Shown one piece after another: positions 41,373 through 52,067 of a stretch of DNA of 55,714 nt. The stretch covers positions 1 through 55,714 of the forward strand of contig CANQTQ010000006.1 of assembly GCA_947626765.1 (NCBI GenBank), in the 5' to 3' direction. Position numbers and translations under genes: made by a program. The notes below the pieces were generated by a model that saw nothing but the letters and a program-made list of their open reading frames with translations, was not told the DNA's origin and ran no database searches. Every line of letters begins with the position of its first letter. Within the stretch, counting starts at the first letter, position 1. The DNA is from an uncultured Clostridia bacterium (GTDB taxonomy: Bacteria; Bacillota; Clostridia; TANB77; CAG-508).

Positions 41373-43245
41373 ATACTTTTACCTCCATTACGCATTTTCT
41401 TTTTGTTTTAAATAATACTTCTATTTTTGTGTCATTGTTTCCATCTAAATCTACGTTTTTTATTATATTTCCTGATGTTTTTAGTTCTTGGTTACCTATA
41501 TAAGCTTTTTCTACTTCTAGTCGTTCTAATTCTCCTGAATCTGTCCATCTTTGAAAACGAATTTCACAATTGCTTAATTTTTCCATTGGTCTAATTATTA
41601 CTCTATACATATTCCTATCGTTGTCATATGGGGTTTTTATATAATACATCTGCCTTTCGTGATATAGATCTCCACTTCCGCTATTATTTTCTCCTTCACC
41701 TATATTCTTTTTTCCACCGTCTCGTACTCTATTTTCTTCTCCCTCTCCTTTGCCTCCTACATTTGGTTCTTCATTGCTTGTTTTATCTATAACATTTGGT
41801 GTATTAGGAGCTTTTTGCATTGCTAATATTTCTTGTTCTTCCTCTTCATTATTTATTATTTCATCAAAAGGTCTTTGTGGCTCTTCTATTCCATTTGGAT
41901 CATCATCTTCTATGTTAAGGAAGTCTAACCCTTCTGCATCAAATTCACAAATATCATCAATATATGACAATGAATCTATTTGCATATTCATCCATGCATC
42001 TAGTCTTGTAATAGTTTCTTTTATTTTTCTTTTGTCATCATCATCTTCTATATTGTCTGCACTCCAAAAATCATGTGTCTGTGGCTCGCTTTCTCTAAGT
42101 TGCCTATTAAGTTCTTCTCCTCTTGCTATCAATATTCCTATGAAGTTTACAGGTCTTTTCCTTGGTGAAAAAATATTTATCTTCATTTCTGTATCTCTCA
42201 TTCTTAGTATCTTTTTTTCGGGATATTGTGGCAATTTTGCAATTTTTAATTCTACGTCATTTTCACTACATATACTGCCATATCTTATTTCTTCAACGCT
42301 ATCATCTAATTCTATAAATTTATATGCATTAAAGCTATCATGTTCATCTATTTTTACATTAATTTCTTTTCCTACTTGTGCTAGTCCTCTAATGTTTTTT
42401 GAATCTATGTTTATTTCTTCTTCATTGTTTATAATTTTAACTTCTAATTTATTTTCTATAATTAATTTCCAAAAGTTTTCTATGACAGAATATATAATAT
42501 TTGCCATCCAATTTTCTTCTTCTAGTTTAGCTCCTATAATATATAAATCTGTTCCAGTTTCGTTTCTTCTATAAAATTCATCCATAGTTTCTTGGTCTCG
42601 TATTGGCTTGCATTCGTTTTCTTCTATTTTTCCCCAATATCCAATGCCTCTTTTTTCAACTCCATCTTCTTTATGAGAGCATAAAATTGCTTTGCCTTGA
42701 AACGCATATCCTTCATTTTCTACGAAAGTTCCGTATAAAATTGTTCTAAAATATGAAAAAACAAATGCAGCATGTTTTCCTGAACCATAAGATCCACCGC
42801 TAACTCCACTTTTCGTTGAATTTCCTGATGATTTTATTAATCCATACCAAGCACTATTTACTCTTTTTTCAATTCCTACTAGTCCTGTAGTATTATAATC
42901 ACTTATTTTTAAAACATCTATTGTATCTTTTTCAAGTTTTTCATTAGCATTTTGTCTAAATTTTTGTAGTCTGTCTGATTCGGGAAAATATTCTGCACTT
43001 GCATTTATACTCTCCTTTATATTTTCTATATTTGGAATTCTATCTTTTTTTAATTTTGCTAGCCTAAATTCTACTCTTACTTTTTTATTTTCTCCTTTTA
43101 TTTTTGCATCGTACGAGTTTTGAATAATTTCCCTTGCAAGTTTTCCATACGGACTCATTTTAAATTGATTTATACCTTGATTTTCAAAGCCTTCTGCTTC
43201 TCCTCCATTATTATTTGGAAAATACCATCCTCTTTTTTCTTCCAT
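41359..43245 (-). CDS. GHKL (histidine-kinase-like) ATPase-domain protein
   Basis: REIIQNSYDA (motif I), ISDYNTTG (II), GGSYGSGK (III), GTDLYI (IV); acidic linker. Confidence 0.7.
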   Translation of the reverse strand: MEEKRGWYFPNNNGGEAEGFENQGINQFKMSPYGKLAREIIQNSYDAKIKGENKKVRVEFRLAKLKKDRIPNIENIKESINASAEYFPESDRLQKFRQNANEKLEKDTIDVLKISDYNTTGLVGIEKRVNSAWYGLIKSSGNSTKSGVSGGSYGSGKHAAFVFSYFRTILYGTFVENEGYAFQGKAILCSHKEDGVEKRGIGYWGKIEENECKPIRDQETMDEFYRRNETGTDLYIIGAKLEEENWMANIIYSVIENFWKLIIENKLEVKIINNEEEINIDSKNIRGLAQVGKEINVKIDEHDSFNAYKFIELDDSVEEIRYGSICSENDVELKIAKLPQYPEKKILRMRDTEMKINIFSPRKRPVNFIGILIARGEELNRQLRESEPQTHDFWSADNIEDDDDKRKIKETITRLDAWMNMQIDSLSYIDDICEFDAEGLDFLNIEDDDPNGIEEPQRPFDEIINNEEEEQEILAMQKAPNTPNVIDKTSNEEPNVGGKGEGEENRVRDGGKKNIGEGENNSGSGDLYHERQMYYIKTPYDNDRNMYRVIIRPMEKLSNCEIRFQRWTDSGELERLEVEKAYIGNQELKTSGNIIKNVDLDGNNDTKIEVLFKTKRKCVMEVKVYVQG

Positions 43246-43271
43246 TTTATTTACCTTTCTTACTACTTTTA

Positions 43272-43487
43272 TTATAACTTAAATTTCCCTATCTCCTGTT
43301 TTTCAGTAAATTTCATTTTACTTATTTTTAAAGAATTTTCAATTGCATTAAAAACGTTTTTTATATCCTCATCTGTATATTCATAATTATTTTTATTAGA
43401 GCAATTTCCTAATAAATCAATCATACTTATTATTTTGTTTGTTCTATTTTCTACAATTCTTTTGAATCTTTCTCTTTTTGTTTCCAT
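43272..43487 (-). CDS. Small basic hypothetical protein, possible regulator
   Basis: 71 aa, AAGGAAGGAG RBS; RFKRIVENRTNKII...LGNCSN...YEYT. Confidence 0.7.
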   Translation of the reverse strand: METKRERFKRIVENRTNKIISMIDLLGNCSNKNNYEYTDEDIKNVFNAIENSLKISKMKFTEKQEIGKFKL

Positions 43488-43559
43488 TTAATACTCCTTC
43501 CTTTACTACATTTTTCTCATATATTATACATATTTTTTATTTATTTGTCAAATATTTTA

Positions 43560-43589
43560 AAAATGTAGTGGATTTTTCCACTACATTTT
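43560..43589. promoter_or_regulatory. Perfect inverted repeat (terminator or operator) between dcm and small ORF
   Basis: AAAATGTAGTGGA-TTTT-TCCACTACATTTT; another ACTACATTTT half-site at ~43505. Confidence 0.55.
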
Positions 43590-43590
43590 A

Positions 43591-44943
43591 TTATTTTATA
43601 ACCTGATATGCTTCATTTTGAGAATTAATTAGTCGTACTAACCTAGTTTTTATTATATCTATTGATGTTCTTTGTGTTGTTTCTAATTTATTATCTTCTA
43701 CAAATATTAAGTCATTAATATGATTTACTTGCTTAAATATTTCTTCTAATACATTTACTACAATGCTATTTCCAGCCATTTTATTTAACTTTTCAATATT
43801 AAAGAAATCCCTTTCTCTATATTTAAAATTATTATCTACAATATTATCATAATCTTTTTCATCAAATCCCATTAATAAGAAGCACTCTCTAGGAGTTAAG
43901 TATCTAAATTTACTTTTTCCTTCTTTACCATTATCATAATCTATTACACCAGAATTTGGATGTCTATCTTGTTTTGTTGTAACAGTTGGTACAGTTTTGG
44001 CTACTACTTTTTTATTATGATAAATCTTCGGATTAAGTTCATATATATCTCTTCTCGATGGTGTATCATTAGGTTGACACATATCTGCTTCTTTTCTATA
44101 TTTCTCATTATGATAATCTAATCTTAAGAAATCCTTTAATTTTCTTTGTTTTATGTCTAAATATTCTATAATATCATCATCTTGCAAATTGTGATTTTTA
44201 AAATAGTTCTTTACTCTTTTTCTTTTGATTTCATCTTTTTCTACTAAAACACTAATCATATAAGTTCTTACTCTTTTTTGCGGAATTCCAAATTTACTAG
44301 CATCTAAAGTATATATTTGGTTGTAGTATCCTATTTCTTCTAAATAATCTGTCCATTCTTTAAAGTTATCTCTATGTCTATCTGAAAGTATATTGCTTAC
44401 ATTCTCCATTAAAAGAAATCTTGGTAATTGCATTTTTTCAGCAATTCTTTCTTTTAATATTCTTTCTACTTCCCATAACATTCCTGATCTATTATGTGCA
44501 TTTCTGTCAATACCGCTTTTGTTTCCATGCCAATTTCCTGCTACTGATAAGTCTTGACAAGGAAATGAATATGTTAATAAATCTACCCTATTTGGTAAAT
44601 CTTGTCCCTTTATATCTGTAATACTAACTAAGTTATTGCTTCTTCTTATTGCACATAGTACTCTTTTTAATACTTCTTCACTTAAGCCTTGTATATTTTT
44701 TTGCGTTGCTGGTTTTTTTCCATCTAAACTTAATGTATAATTACTTACACTTTGCATCAAATCTTGTTTTGTCATGTTTTTATATCCGTTTAAATCTTGT
44801 GGACCATTATGTATTAAATCATATGCAATCATAGCATTAATATCCCAATCGGCTGTACATACTATTTCATAGTCTATTCCTATATTTTTTAATGCTTTTG
44901 CTTGGCTTCCAATTCCACTAAATGTTTCTACTACTTTTAACAT
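43591..44943 (-). CDS. dcm: DNA (cytosine-5)-methyltransferase
   Basis: ETFSGIG (I), SFPCQDLS (IV), MENV (VI), PQKRVR (VIII), GNSI (X). Confidence 0.92.
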   Translation of the reverse strand: MLKVVETFSGIGSQAKALKNIGIDYEIVCTADWDINAMIAYDLIHNGPQDLNGYKNMTKQDLMQSVSNYTLSLDGKKPATQKNIQGLSEEVLKRVLCAIRRSNNLVSITDIKGQDLPNRVDLLTYSFPCQDLSVAGNWHGNKSGIDRNAHNRSGMLWEVERILKERIAEKMQLPRFLLMENVSNILSDRHRDNFKEWTDYLEEIGYYNQIYTLDASKFGIPQKRVRTYMISVLVEKDEIKRKRVKNYFKNHNLQDDDIIEYLDIKQRKLKDFLRLDYHNEKYRKEADMCQPNDTPSRRDIYELNPKIYHNKKVVAKTVPTVTTKQDRHPNSGVIDYDNGKEGKSKFRYLTPRECFLLMGFDEKDYDNIVDNNFKYRERDFFNIEKLNKMAGNSIVVNVLEEIFKQVNHINDLIFVEDNKLETTQRTSIDIIKTRLVRLINSQNEAYQVIK

Positions 44944-45286
44944 TTTTCGCTCCTTTTTACTATATGTATTTTATCAGAAGTTTTTTATTTTTTCCAGCAA
45001 TTTATAAAAATTTATTAATATTTTTATTATAGTTAATCGTACAAATGTATTTACTTTGCAAAATTGCTTTTAACTCTTTACTTGACAATATTTTTACTCT
45101 AGTTGTAATATCACATTTTTTAAGTTTAAATAAAAAAGTTATTGTAGATGATAATGTGAATGCTAAAAACATTCTTTTTTCTATAAAATAAATAATAAAT
45201 AATGTAACTTAACCTTTTTTGTATATCAAAAATCGCAAGTTTTTAACAACTTGCAATTATTTATTACTGTGTAAAGCCCGGTCTAT

Positions 45287-45305
45287 CGACCTTCGGGTTA
45301 TGAGC
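45287..45305 (-). mobile_element. tRNA-fMet-like fragment, probable attachment-site remnant at the left edge of an integrated element
   Basis: Reverse complement GCTCATAACCCGAAGGTCG = anticodon loop (CAT), 3' anticodon stem and variable loop of initiator tRNA. Confidence 0.6.
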
Positions 45306-45530
45306 GACGGTTGACGGCTTTTTGTAACTTTGTGAAAATTAGAGTTTTTGTTGGTATTTTAATACTTACAGGAGTTTTTACTTATAGAACATTTGTGCAT
45401 TTTTAGGGCATTTTTGGAGAAGTTTTTCCCCAACTTTTTCCCAAGTGATATAGTACGTTTGTTCTTAGGAATTTGGCTCTTGTAAGAGATATTTTTATTT
45501 AAAAATTTTAATTTTTATGGAGGTTATTTT

Positions 45531-45824
45531 ATGAGTAATTTAAGAGAAGTTAATGATGATATTTTGAAAGATTGGTTAGATTTTAGAGAGGAAACTACTT
45601 TTTGCGAGATGTCTCCTCAAGATAAAAAATATTGCATATGTTTTGATGAAATATCCGAAAAAATCTTGAGAAATGTTCCTGAACAGAATAAGAAATATGT
45701 TCAAAAACAACTAGATGAACTTGATAAAAATTTTATGGATTATTTATACTACTGGAATGAGAAATACTACAGGAATGGATTTGTAGATGGAAGTCAGCTA
45801 GTTATGGGATGTTTAGAGAAATAA
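45531..45824 (+). CDS. Hypothetical protein
   Basis: 97 aa, GGAGG RBS, ends YYRNGFVDG. Confidence 0.65.
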   Translation: MSNLREVNDDILKDWLDFREETTFCEMSPQDKKYCICFDEISEKILRNVPEQNKKYVQKQLDELDKNFMDYLYYWNEKYYRNGFVDGSQLVMGCLEK

Positions 45825-45927
45825 ATTAATACTAGGAAATAATTATCCCCCAGTATAACTGAGGGATAGTTATATAATTTTATTTGCATCTACTGATATT
45901 TTTAGTTTTGGATATTCTGTATTTATC

Positions 45928-47259
45928 TTATTTGATTGTTTTCTTTTTCTTCTTTTTAACTTCGACACCAATTTCTTCAAATTTTTCTGCTATAGAAGGG
46001 CTTCCTGCTGTTAATTTCTTAATAGATAGATCTTCTGCTTTATCATTTGCTAATCTTAGTTGATTTTTGCTACCTAATAAGTTATCTTTAATTTTTTGCA
46101 AATGTTGTATAGATTTATCAATTTCTTCTATTGCTGTATCAAATTTATCACTTGCTAACTTAAAATTTCTGCTAAAAGCATCTTTAAAATTATTCATATT
46201 TTCTTCGAAATGAGAAATATCTATATTTTGATTTTGTATTTGAATTAATTCTCTTTTAGCATCTATAGATTTTAACCCTGCATTTCGTAATATGTTTATT
46301 ATCGTAATAAATGATTGTGGTCTTATTACATACATTTTTTCATATTTATATGATACATCAACTATACCAGCATTATAATAATCATTATCTTTTTCAAGCA
46401 TAGAAACTAAAACAGCATATTCACAATTTTTTTCTTTTCTATCTTTATCAAGTTCTTTAAAGAAATCTTCATTCTTATGTTTTGTTGCTGTTTCATCTGC
46501 TTCATTTTTCATTTCAAACATAATTGAAATAAATTCTATTTCATCATCAGTTTTATCTCTAAAAATAAAATCTCCTTTTGAACCAGATTTTGCGTCATTA
46601 TCCTTTTCAAAGTATGCATTCTTTAGCACTGGTCTAAGGAATTCATTATATTGTGTTTTGCAATGTTGTTCCAGAGACTCTCCTATCATTTTTGTAGAAA
46701 GCTTTAATTTCATATCTTTATATAATTCTATTTCTTGATTTTTTGTTTGAATTTCTTTTTCATGTGATTCTTTTAAGTTTTGTTCTTTTAACTGATATTC
46801 TTTTTCATTTAGTTCAATTTTATTTTTTAAACTAGATATTTCGCTTTCTTTTTCTTGAACTGCTTCCTTCAAAGCTAATTTATTTTCAGTTTCATTTCGT
46901 TTTATTTGATTTTTTAATTTTTCTATTTCCATATCCTTATCAGATATTTTTTGTTTGAATTCATTTGAAACTTCTAATTCTTTTTTATCTATATCGTTTT
47001 TTAACTTTTCTATTTCCTTATCCTTATTAGATAATTCAATTGTATTTTTAAGATTTAGCTTATTCTCTAGTTTTTCTAATTCACTATTCTTTTCTTTTGC
47101 AAATTCTTTTTCTCTTCTTTTGAGTTCTTCTTCAAATTCATGATTTCTAATTTGTTTTACAATAGATTCATAATCCTTTTCATCAATTTGGAACACTTTA
47201 CCACAACTTGGGCATTTAATTTCATTCATAAAATCTCTCCTTTCATATTTATATTTCAT
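45928..47259 (-). CDS. DUF2130-like coiled-coil protein
   Basis: IKCPSCG, coiled coil, STKMIGESLEQHC, GSKGDFIFR, IMFEMKNE. Confidence 0.8.
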   Translation of the reverse strand: MKYKYERRDFMNEIKCPSCGKVFQIDEKDYESIVKQIRNHEFEEELKRREKEFAKEKNSELEKLENKLNLKNTIELSNKDKEIEKLKNDIDKKELEVSNEFKQKISDKDMEIEKLKNQIKRNETENKLALKEAVQEKESEISSLKNKIELNEKEYQLKEQNLKESHEKEIQTKNQEIELYKDMKLKLSTKMIGESLEQHCKTQYNEFLRPVLKNAYFEKDNDAKSGSKGDFIFRDKTDDEIEFISIMFEMKNEADETATKHKNEDFFKELDKDRKEKNCEYAVLVSMLEKDNDYYNAGIVDVSYKYEKMYVIRPQSFITIINILRNAGLKSIDAKRELIQIQNQNIDISHFEENMNNFKDAFSRNFKLASDKFDTAIEEIDKSIQHLQKIKDNLLGSKNQLRLANDKAEDLSIKKLTAGSPSIAEKFEEIGVEVKKKKKKTIK

Positions 47260-47761
47260 TATATAATCTTGTTTCTAACAATCCATTTAAAAAAGATTGT
47301 TTAGTTATTTTTAATTCATTTGCATCTCTCAATTCAATTATCTTTGGATAGTCTTCTGAATGCTCTCTTACCATTGAAAGAAAGCTAGAAGATTCATCTA
47401 AGCCTTTTACCTTATGAGGCATTGGGCCTATTAATACATCTGAGTAAGACATATTATATTTGAATTTTTCAAAATTATAGTTTGTTAATTTTTCATAGTC
47501 TAATTCAAATTCAATTTTCTTTGGATCAATCCCATTCTTTTTTGCAATATATTCCAAATCACTTTTGTTTACTCTAGATTCGCCTATTACAATTATTTTA
47601 GAATTACTGTAATTATAGTGAAAATGTCCTGCTGTTTTCTCTTCTAATTCGTATTTTTTTAAAACTTCATCAATTCTTCCATTATAATAGGCACTGCTAA
47701 TTTCTTTCGTTAATTTTTGATAAGCCATATCCAAAATTTGTACTAAATCCATATTATCCAT
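47249..47761 (-). CDS. Hypothetical protein
   Basis: 170-aa ORF overlapping both neighbours. Confidence 0.65.
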   Translation of the reverse strand: MDNMDLVQILDMAYQKLTKEISSAYYNGRIDEVLKKYELEEKTAGHFHYNYSNSKIIVIGESRVNKSDLEYIAKKNGIDPKKIEFELDYEKLTNYNFEKFKYNMSYSDVLIGPMPHKVKGLDESSSFLSMVREHSEDYPKIIELRDANELKITKQSFLNGLLETRLYNEI

Positions 47762-49598
47762 TATTATCGTTCTCCTCTATTTCATTAGTAAAAAGATTAT
47801 CAATTTGGTATTTTAGTTTTTTTACATGCTCCTGTGCTATATTTAACTCCATCAACTTTCTTTTGTATCTTTCAACAAAAATATCTTGTGTTTCTTTATC
47901 AACTATAGATACTTTCATTTGTTCAATTCTACTTGGATTAATTGACATTATTATTGCACCAGTTTGAATTTGCTCTAAAGATAGTTGTCCATTTTCAGAA
48001 TTTAGATATGCTTGTAAATAATATGGATTAAGTTTTTCAGTATTTAATCGCAATACTAAAAGATTTCCATTTGGAATAATATTTCTATTTTGTATTTCGG
48101 CAACAGCAACTTTTATTTTTGTTCCTCTGGCAGAAATTACTACATCACCATCTTTTAACAAATATCTATCATATTTATTGTTATTATCATTTATTCTTAA
48201 TAAACTACTGCTGATTCTACCATCTTCTATATCACTTATAGTTAACAATTCATAATTACCATTTTTATTTGTAATTTCATTTTGTTCTTTTGATGTAAGT
48301 TGATATCCCCTATATTTATCAATTATATATTCCTTAAGTAAATGAGGATTTATATAATTGGGTTGTTGCTTTTTAACATATGCATTTACAGTTAATATAA
48401 CATCATCTGTTCTACATATTTCATTACATTTTTCAATTTTTACCTTATCTTCATCCTCGTTTTTACAATTTATTAAATCTATTATTGATTTTACATTTAG
48501 TTGTTTTTTTCCTATTTTATTTTCTATATATTCTTGTGAAGCATCAATAAATTTAATTTCATTATTTTCATTATGTCTTGACAAAACAATTAAATTTGCT
48601 GAAATATTGCTATTTGGAATTACTCCACTTGGTAATTTTATAATTTCTTTTACTACACCACTAACAAGAAGGTCTCTTCTATAATCAGCATCCATTGACT
48701 TAAACAAAAGTCCATCTGGTACTATTATTGCTGCTTTACCTTTATTTTTTAAAATAGTAACCATTCTATTAATAAATAACCAATCTGCAGTTAATCCTGG
48801 TTTTCTCCATGTATAAAATAAATCCTTTTCCATTTGATTTAATATAAATTCATTTACCCTTAACCCTAAAGGAAATTCACAAAAAATCTCATCATATTTT
48901 TTATTAAATCTATGTGTTAAAGCATCTCCATTTATAATTTCAAAATTAATATCTTTCAATATAGATAATCTAATTTTTGAAATTAATACATTATCTCTAT
49001 TTATTTCTACTCCATCTAGTTTTAAATTTTGGTTAGCTAAGCTTACTAAAAAGTCACCTCTACCCGAACATAAATCTAAAACGTCATCCTGTTCCTTTAT
49101 ATTTAAGCAATTAATTACTAAATCTATAATTTCTTTTGGTGTTGCATCATCATCTTTCATTGAGTAATTCATTACATCTAATGTATTTTCAGAAAGAATT
49201 TTTTTAATATCTTCTTCTGTTAAATTAACAATTTGAGAAGAAAAATCAGTATCTATTTCTTTATTAAAATTATTCACTTCAAATAAAGATCTTATTTCTT
49301 CTAAAACTTCTAATTCATTTGTATAAACATCAGATTTTTTATAAATAAATATTAATCTATCTAATATTTTATTGATTCCCTTTCTCTCAAAAAATTTAGC
49401 TGATAAATCAAAAGCATGACATTCAAACAATTTTAATAAATCAATATTATTCTTTTTAGCTAAATAAATAAGATATATTATAGAATAAAACATTTTTTTA
49501 GTATCATCTTTTCCTATGTATCCTCTAATATTATCCATAAACTCATTGTAGATTTTTGAATAATTTACTTTCTCTAATTCATCTTTTTTCATACACAT
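47754..49598 (-). CDS. N-6 DNA methylase-like protein fused to HsdS-like target-recognition domain
   Basis: TPKEI, DLCSGRGDFL (motif I), motif IV position reads CEFPLG; C-terminal LKDGDVVISARGT...LNPYYL. Confidence 0.75.
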   Translation of the reverse strand: MCMKKDELEKVNYSKIYNEFMDNIRGYIGKDDTKKMFYSIIYLIYLAKKNNIDLLKLFECHAFDLSAKFFERKGINKILDRLIFIYKKSDVYTNELEVLEEIRSLFEVNNFNKEIDTDFSSQIVNLTEEDIKKILSENTLDVMNYSMKDDDATPKEIIDLVINCLNIKEQDDVLDLCSGRGDFLVSLANQNLKLDGVEINRDNVLISKIRLSILKDINFEIINGDALTHRFNKKYDEIFCEFPLGLRVNEFILNQMEKDLFYTWRKPGLTADWLFINRMVTILKNKGKAAIIVPDGLLFKSMDADYRRDLLVSGVVKEIIKLPSGVIPNSNISANLIVLSRHNENNEIKFIDASQEYIENKIGKKQLNVKSIIDLINCKNEDEDKVKIEKCNEICRTDDVILTVNAYVKKQQPNYINPHLLKEYIIDKYRGYQLTSKEQNEITNKNGNYELLTISDIEDGRISSSLLRINDNNNKYDRYLLKDGDVVISARGTKIKVAVAEIQNRNIIPNGNLLVLRLNTEKLNPYYLQAYLNSENGQLSLEQIQTGAIIMSINPSRIEQMKVSIVDKETQDIFVERYKRKLMELNIAQEHVKKLKYQIDNLFTNEIEENDNNG

Positions 49599-49873
49599 TT
49601 TCCTTTCTTGGTTTTTTAATACCAGTTAAATTGTAACATATTTTCAAAATGTTGTCAACTGGTTTTTTAAAATCAGTTATTTTTATTACGTTATGTGAAT
49701 GAAAAAGCAGAAAATAATTTATCCATTTTAATGTAATATCTGCTAATATATCTTAAAAAATATAGATAGAAAAATATATCGTATATTTATTTTTTTACAT
49801 ATTAAATATGAGTTTGATTTTTTACATTAAATAGTTTATAATATCATTAAACTTTTTAGAGGGGGGGATTTTT

Positions 49874-51028
49874 TTGAGTACAAAAAGAGCAAAGAAAGAG
49901 CAACAATATGATGAATATTGGAAATTAACTGTAGAATATACTGATATATTTGGAGCACAATTTAATAATACTTTAAAAGTTATTGTAAAATACATTGATG
50001 ATAATATTGACAAAATCAATGATTTTAATGTTGAAAAATATATTGATAGAGATAAAGATGAAAGACTTAAATTTCAAGAATTATATGGAAATCTACAAAG
50101 TTTAATATTTTCAATATATCACAAAGTTGATTTAGGCTCTATAAGAAAATCTATAAATCAATTTGTAAAACTAGGTTTTGTAAATCCATATTTAAAAGGA
50201 TATCATAAATTAACTAAAAAATTTCTAAATACATCATCTAGTTATAAAGAAATGAAACAAAGTATTTTTTCTGAAATTTTTTATAATAGTGCATCATTTA
50301 ATTCATCAATAACAAATGATAATAGAAATAAAAGAGAAATTAATTTTTTATTAAAAACATTAATGTATCATCCAGAAAAAAAATTATCTAAAACGGATCT
50401 AATAGCATTAATGGTAACTGATTTAGCATCTTTTCCAAAAGGGTATTTAACAGTTGATGAATTAAAATCACAATATAGTTATTCTAAAGCTATTGATTTT
50501 GAGGAAAATAAATATAATCAAATTCACTATTTATTTACATTTTTAAATTTAATGCCCGATTTAACTGCAGATAAAGATAAAGGAGTTGCATTTACTGAGG
50601 ATGGTACAGTATTATCTGATATTGATACCACTAGAGATCCATATATGCATGCATTATATAGGAATAATTTAAAAATCGAATCAAAACGTGTTTATAATGA
50701 CATTGTATGTTATGTTGAAAAAATTGCTTATAAAGGTTTAGTTGCATCACATATAAAGCCTTGTCATATTTGCTTGGAAGAATTAAAAACAAGTGAAGCA
50801 TATGATTATAATAATGGTCTTTTAATACAACTAAATATTGATGCTTATTTTGATAAATTTGATATTTCATTTAATGATGATGGTACAATTCTTATAGGTT
50901 CTAATGTAGATAAAAGCATTGCTGAAAAATATTGTAAATATTCATTAGATAAAGAGATTTTAACACCAGAACGCTTAAAATATTTATCTTATCATAGAAA
51001 AAGATTTTTAGAAAAACATGCATCTTAA
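49874..51028 (+). CDS. HNH restriction endonuclease (type IIS-like)
   Basis: LVASHIKP...NGLL...DAYFDKFDISF HNH_2-type motif; convergent with two MTases. Confidence 0.75.
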   Translation: MSTKRAKKEQQYDEYWKLTVEYTDIFGAQFNNTLKVIVKYIDDNIDKINDFNVEKYIDRDKDERLKFQELYGNLQSLIFSIYHKVDLGSIRKSINQFVKLGFVNPYLKGYHKLTKKFLNTSSSYKEMKQSIFSEIFYNSASFNSSITNDNRNKREINFLLKTLMYHPEKKLSKTDLIALMVTDLASFPKGYLTVDELKSQYSYSKAIDFEENKYNQIHYLFTFLNLMPDLTADKDKGVAFTEDGTVLSDIDTTRDPYMHALYRNNLKIESKRVYNDIVCYVEKIAYKGLVASHIKPCHICLEELKTSEAYDYNNGLLIQLNIDAYFDKFDISFNDDGTILIGSNVDKSIAEKYCKYSLDKEILTPERLKYLSYHRKRFLEKHAS

Positions 51029-51047
51029 TGTTTAAAAGGAATCTTCA

Positions 51048-52067
51048 TTATTCAGAAGATTCCTTTATTTTTAAAACAATTAACATTTCAACTGTTTGAT
51101 TTTTATTTATACTTCCTGTTACTTTGTACTGATGTTCTTTGCTGAACACTTTTACTGTTCCATAGTTTGAAAGCATATCACTTAATTCTTCCACTGTTGG
51201 CTTAGTTTTATTGCTTTCACTTATTACAATATAATTTGTTTTTCCAATACATTTTTTTACAAGTTTTTTTAAATTAGTCAAAAACATATTATTCTCTGAA
51301 AAATTAACATACTGAATTTCATGTTTTACTGCTTTATCATATAATCCATAAAAATCTCCATATTTATTCATAGTAGCTGGATAAGGAGGATCCATATATA
51401 TAATATCTACTTTTTCTTTTAAATTATCAATCATATCAAATGAATCATAGTTAAAACTTCTATTAACTTTTTTATTATCAAATACAGCATTATTATAATT
51501 TTCTAAATTATCTCTTATATGTTTCTCAAATGTAAAATTGTGATACGCTCTTCTCCTTTTATATTTTTCATAACTATAATCTTCATCTCTAAGTTTTTGT
51601 ATTTGATTCCATGGCACATTCATTCTTGAATATGGTAATTTTCTTATCATAGCTCTTCTAATTAATGCAAGAAACATATATTTTTCATATTCATTTTTTA
51701 TTTTTTCTGAAATAACAAAAAGTTTAGCAAGTTCTCTCACTTCATTATCATAATATAATCTATTTGATAAAAAACTTATTTCTTCATATTTTTTGTTTAT
51801 TTGAGCTTCTGTGACTTTAATATCAAGAATTTCTTCGTTTAATTTTATATTCTTATTTTCTATTATTGCTTTGCTTATTACATAATTTGAATAAAGTGCG
51901 TCATTAGAATATACTGTATAGTTATTTTCCTTTAACGCATAAGCTACTGAATTACCTCCAGAAAACAAATCTAATACTATCCCATTTTTTAAAGGAAGAT
52001 TTTCTATTATCCAACTAGCAAGTTTGTCCTTATTTCCTATATAATTTATTTTAGGATATTTACTCAT
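51048..52067 (-). CDS. DNA adenine (N6) methyltransferase, Dam/FokI-like class
   Basis: NYIGNK, DLFSGG, YMDPPY. Confidence 0.88.
   Translation of the reverse strand: MSKYPKINYIGNKDKLASWIIENLPLKNGIVLDLFSGGNSVAYALKENNYTVYSNDALYSNYVISKAIIENKNIKLNEEILDIKVTEAQINKKYEEISFLSNRLYYDNEVRELAKLFVISEKIKNEYEKYMFLALIRRAMIRKLPYSRMNVPWNQIQKLRDEDYSYEKYKRRRAYHNFTFEKHIRDNLENYNNAVFDNKKVNRSFNYDSFDMIDNLKEKVDIIYMDPPYPATMNKYGDFYGLYDKAVKHEIQYVNFSENNMFLTNLKKLVKKCIGKTNYIVISESNKTKPTVEELSDMLSNYGTVKVFSKEHQYKVTGSINKNQTVEMLIVLKIKESSE

Noticed and set aside
41750-42574. 274-aa plus-strand ORF and the many other short plus-strand ORFs
   Set aside because: Ser/Phe/Leu/Ile-rich antisense shadows of well-supported minus-strand genes, without RBS or motifs.
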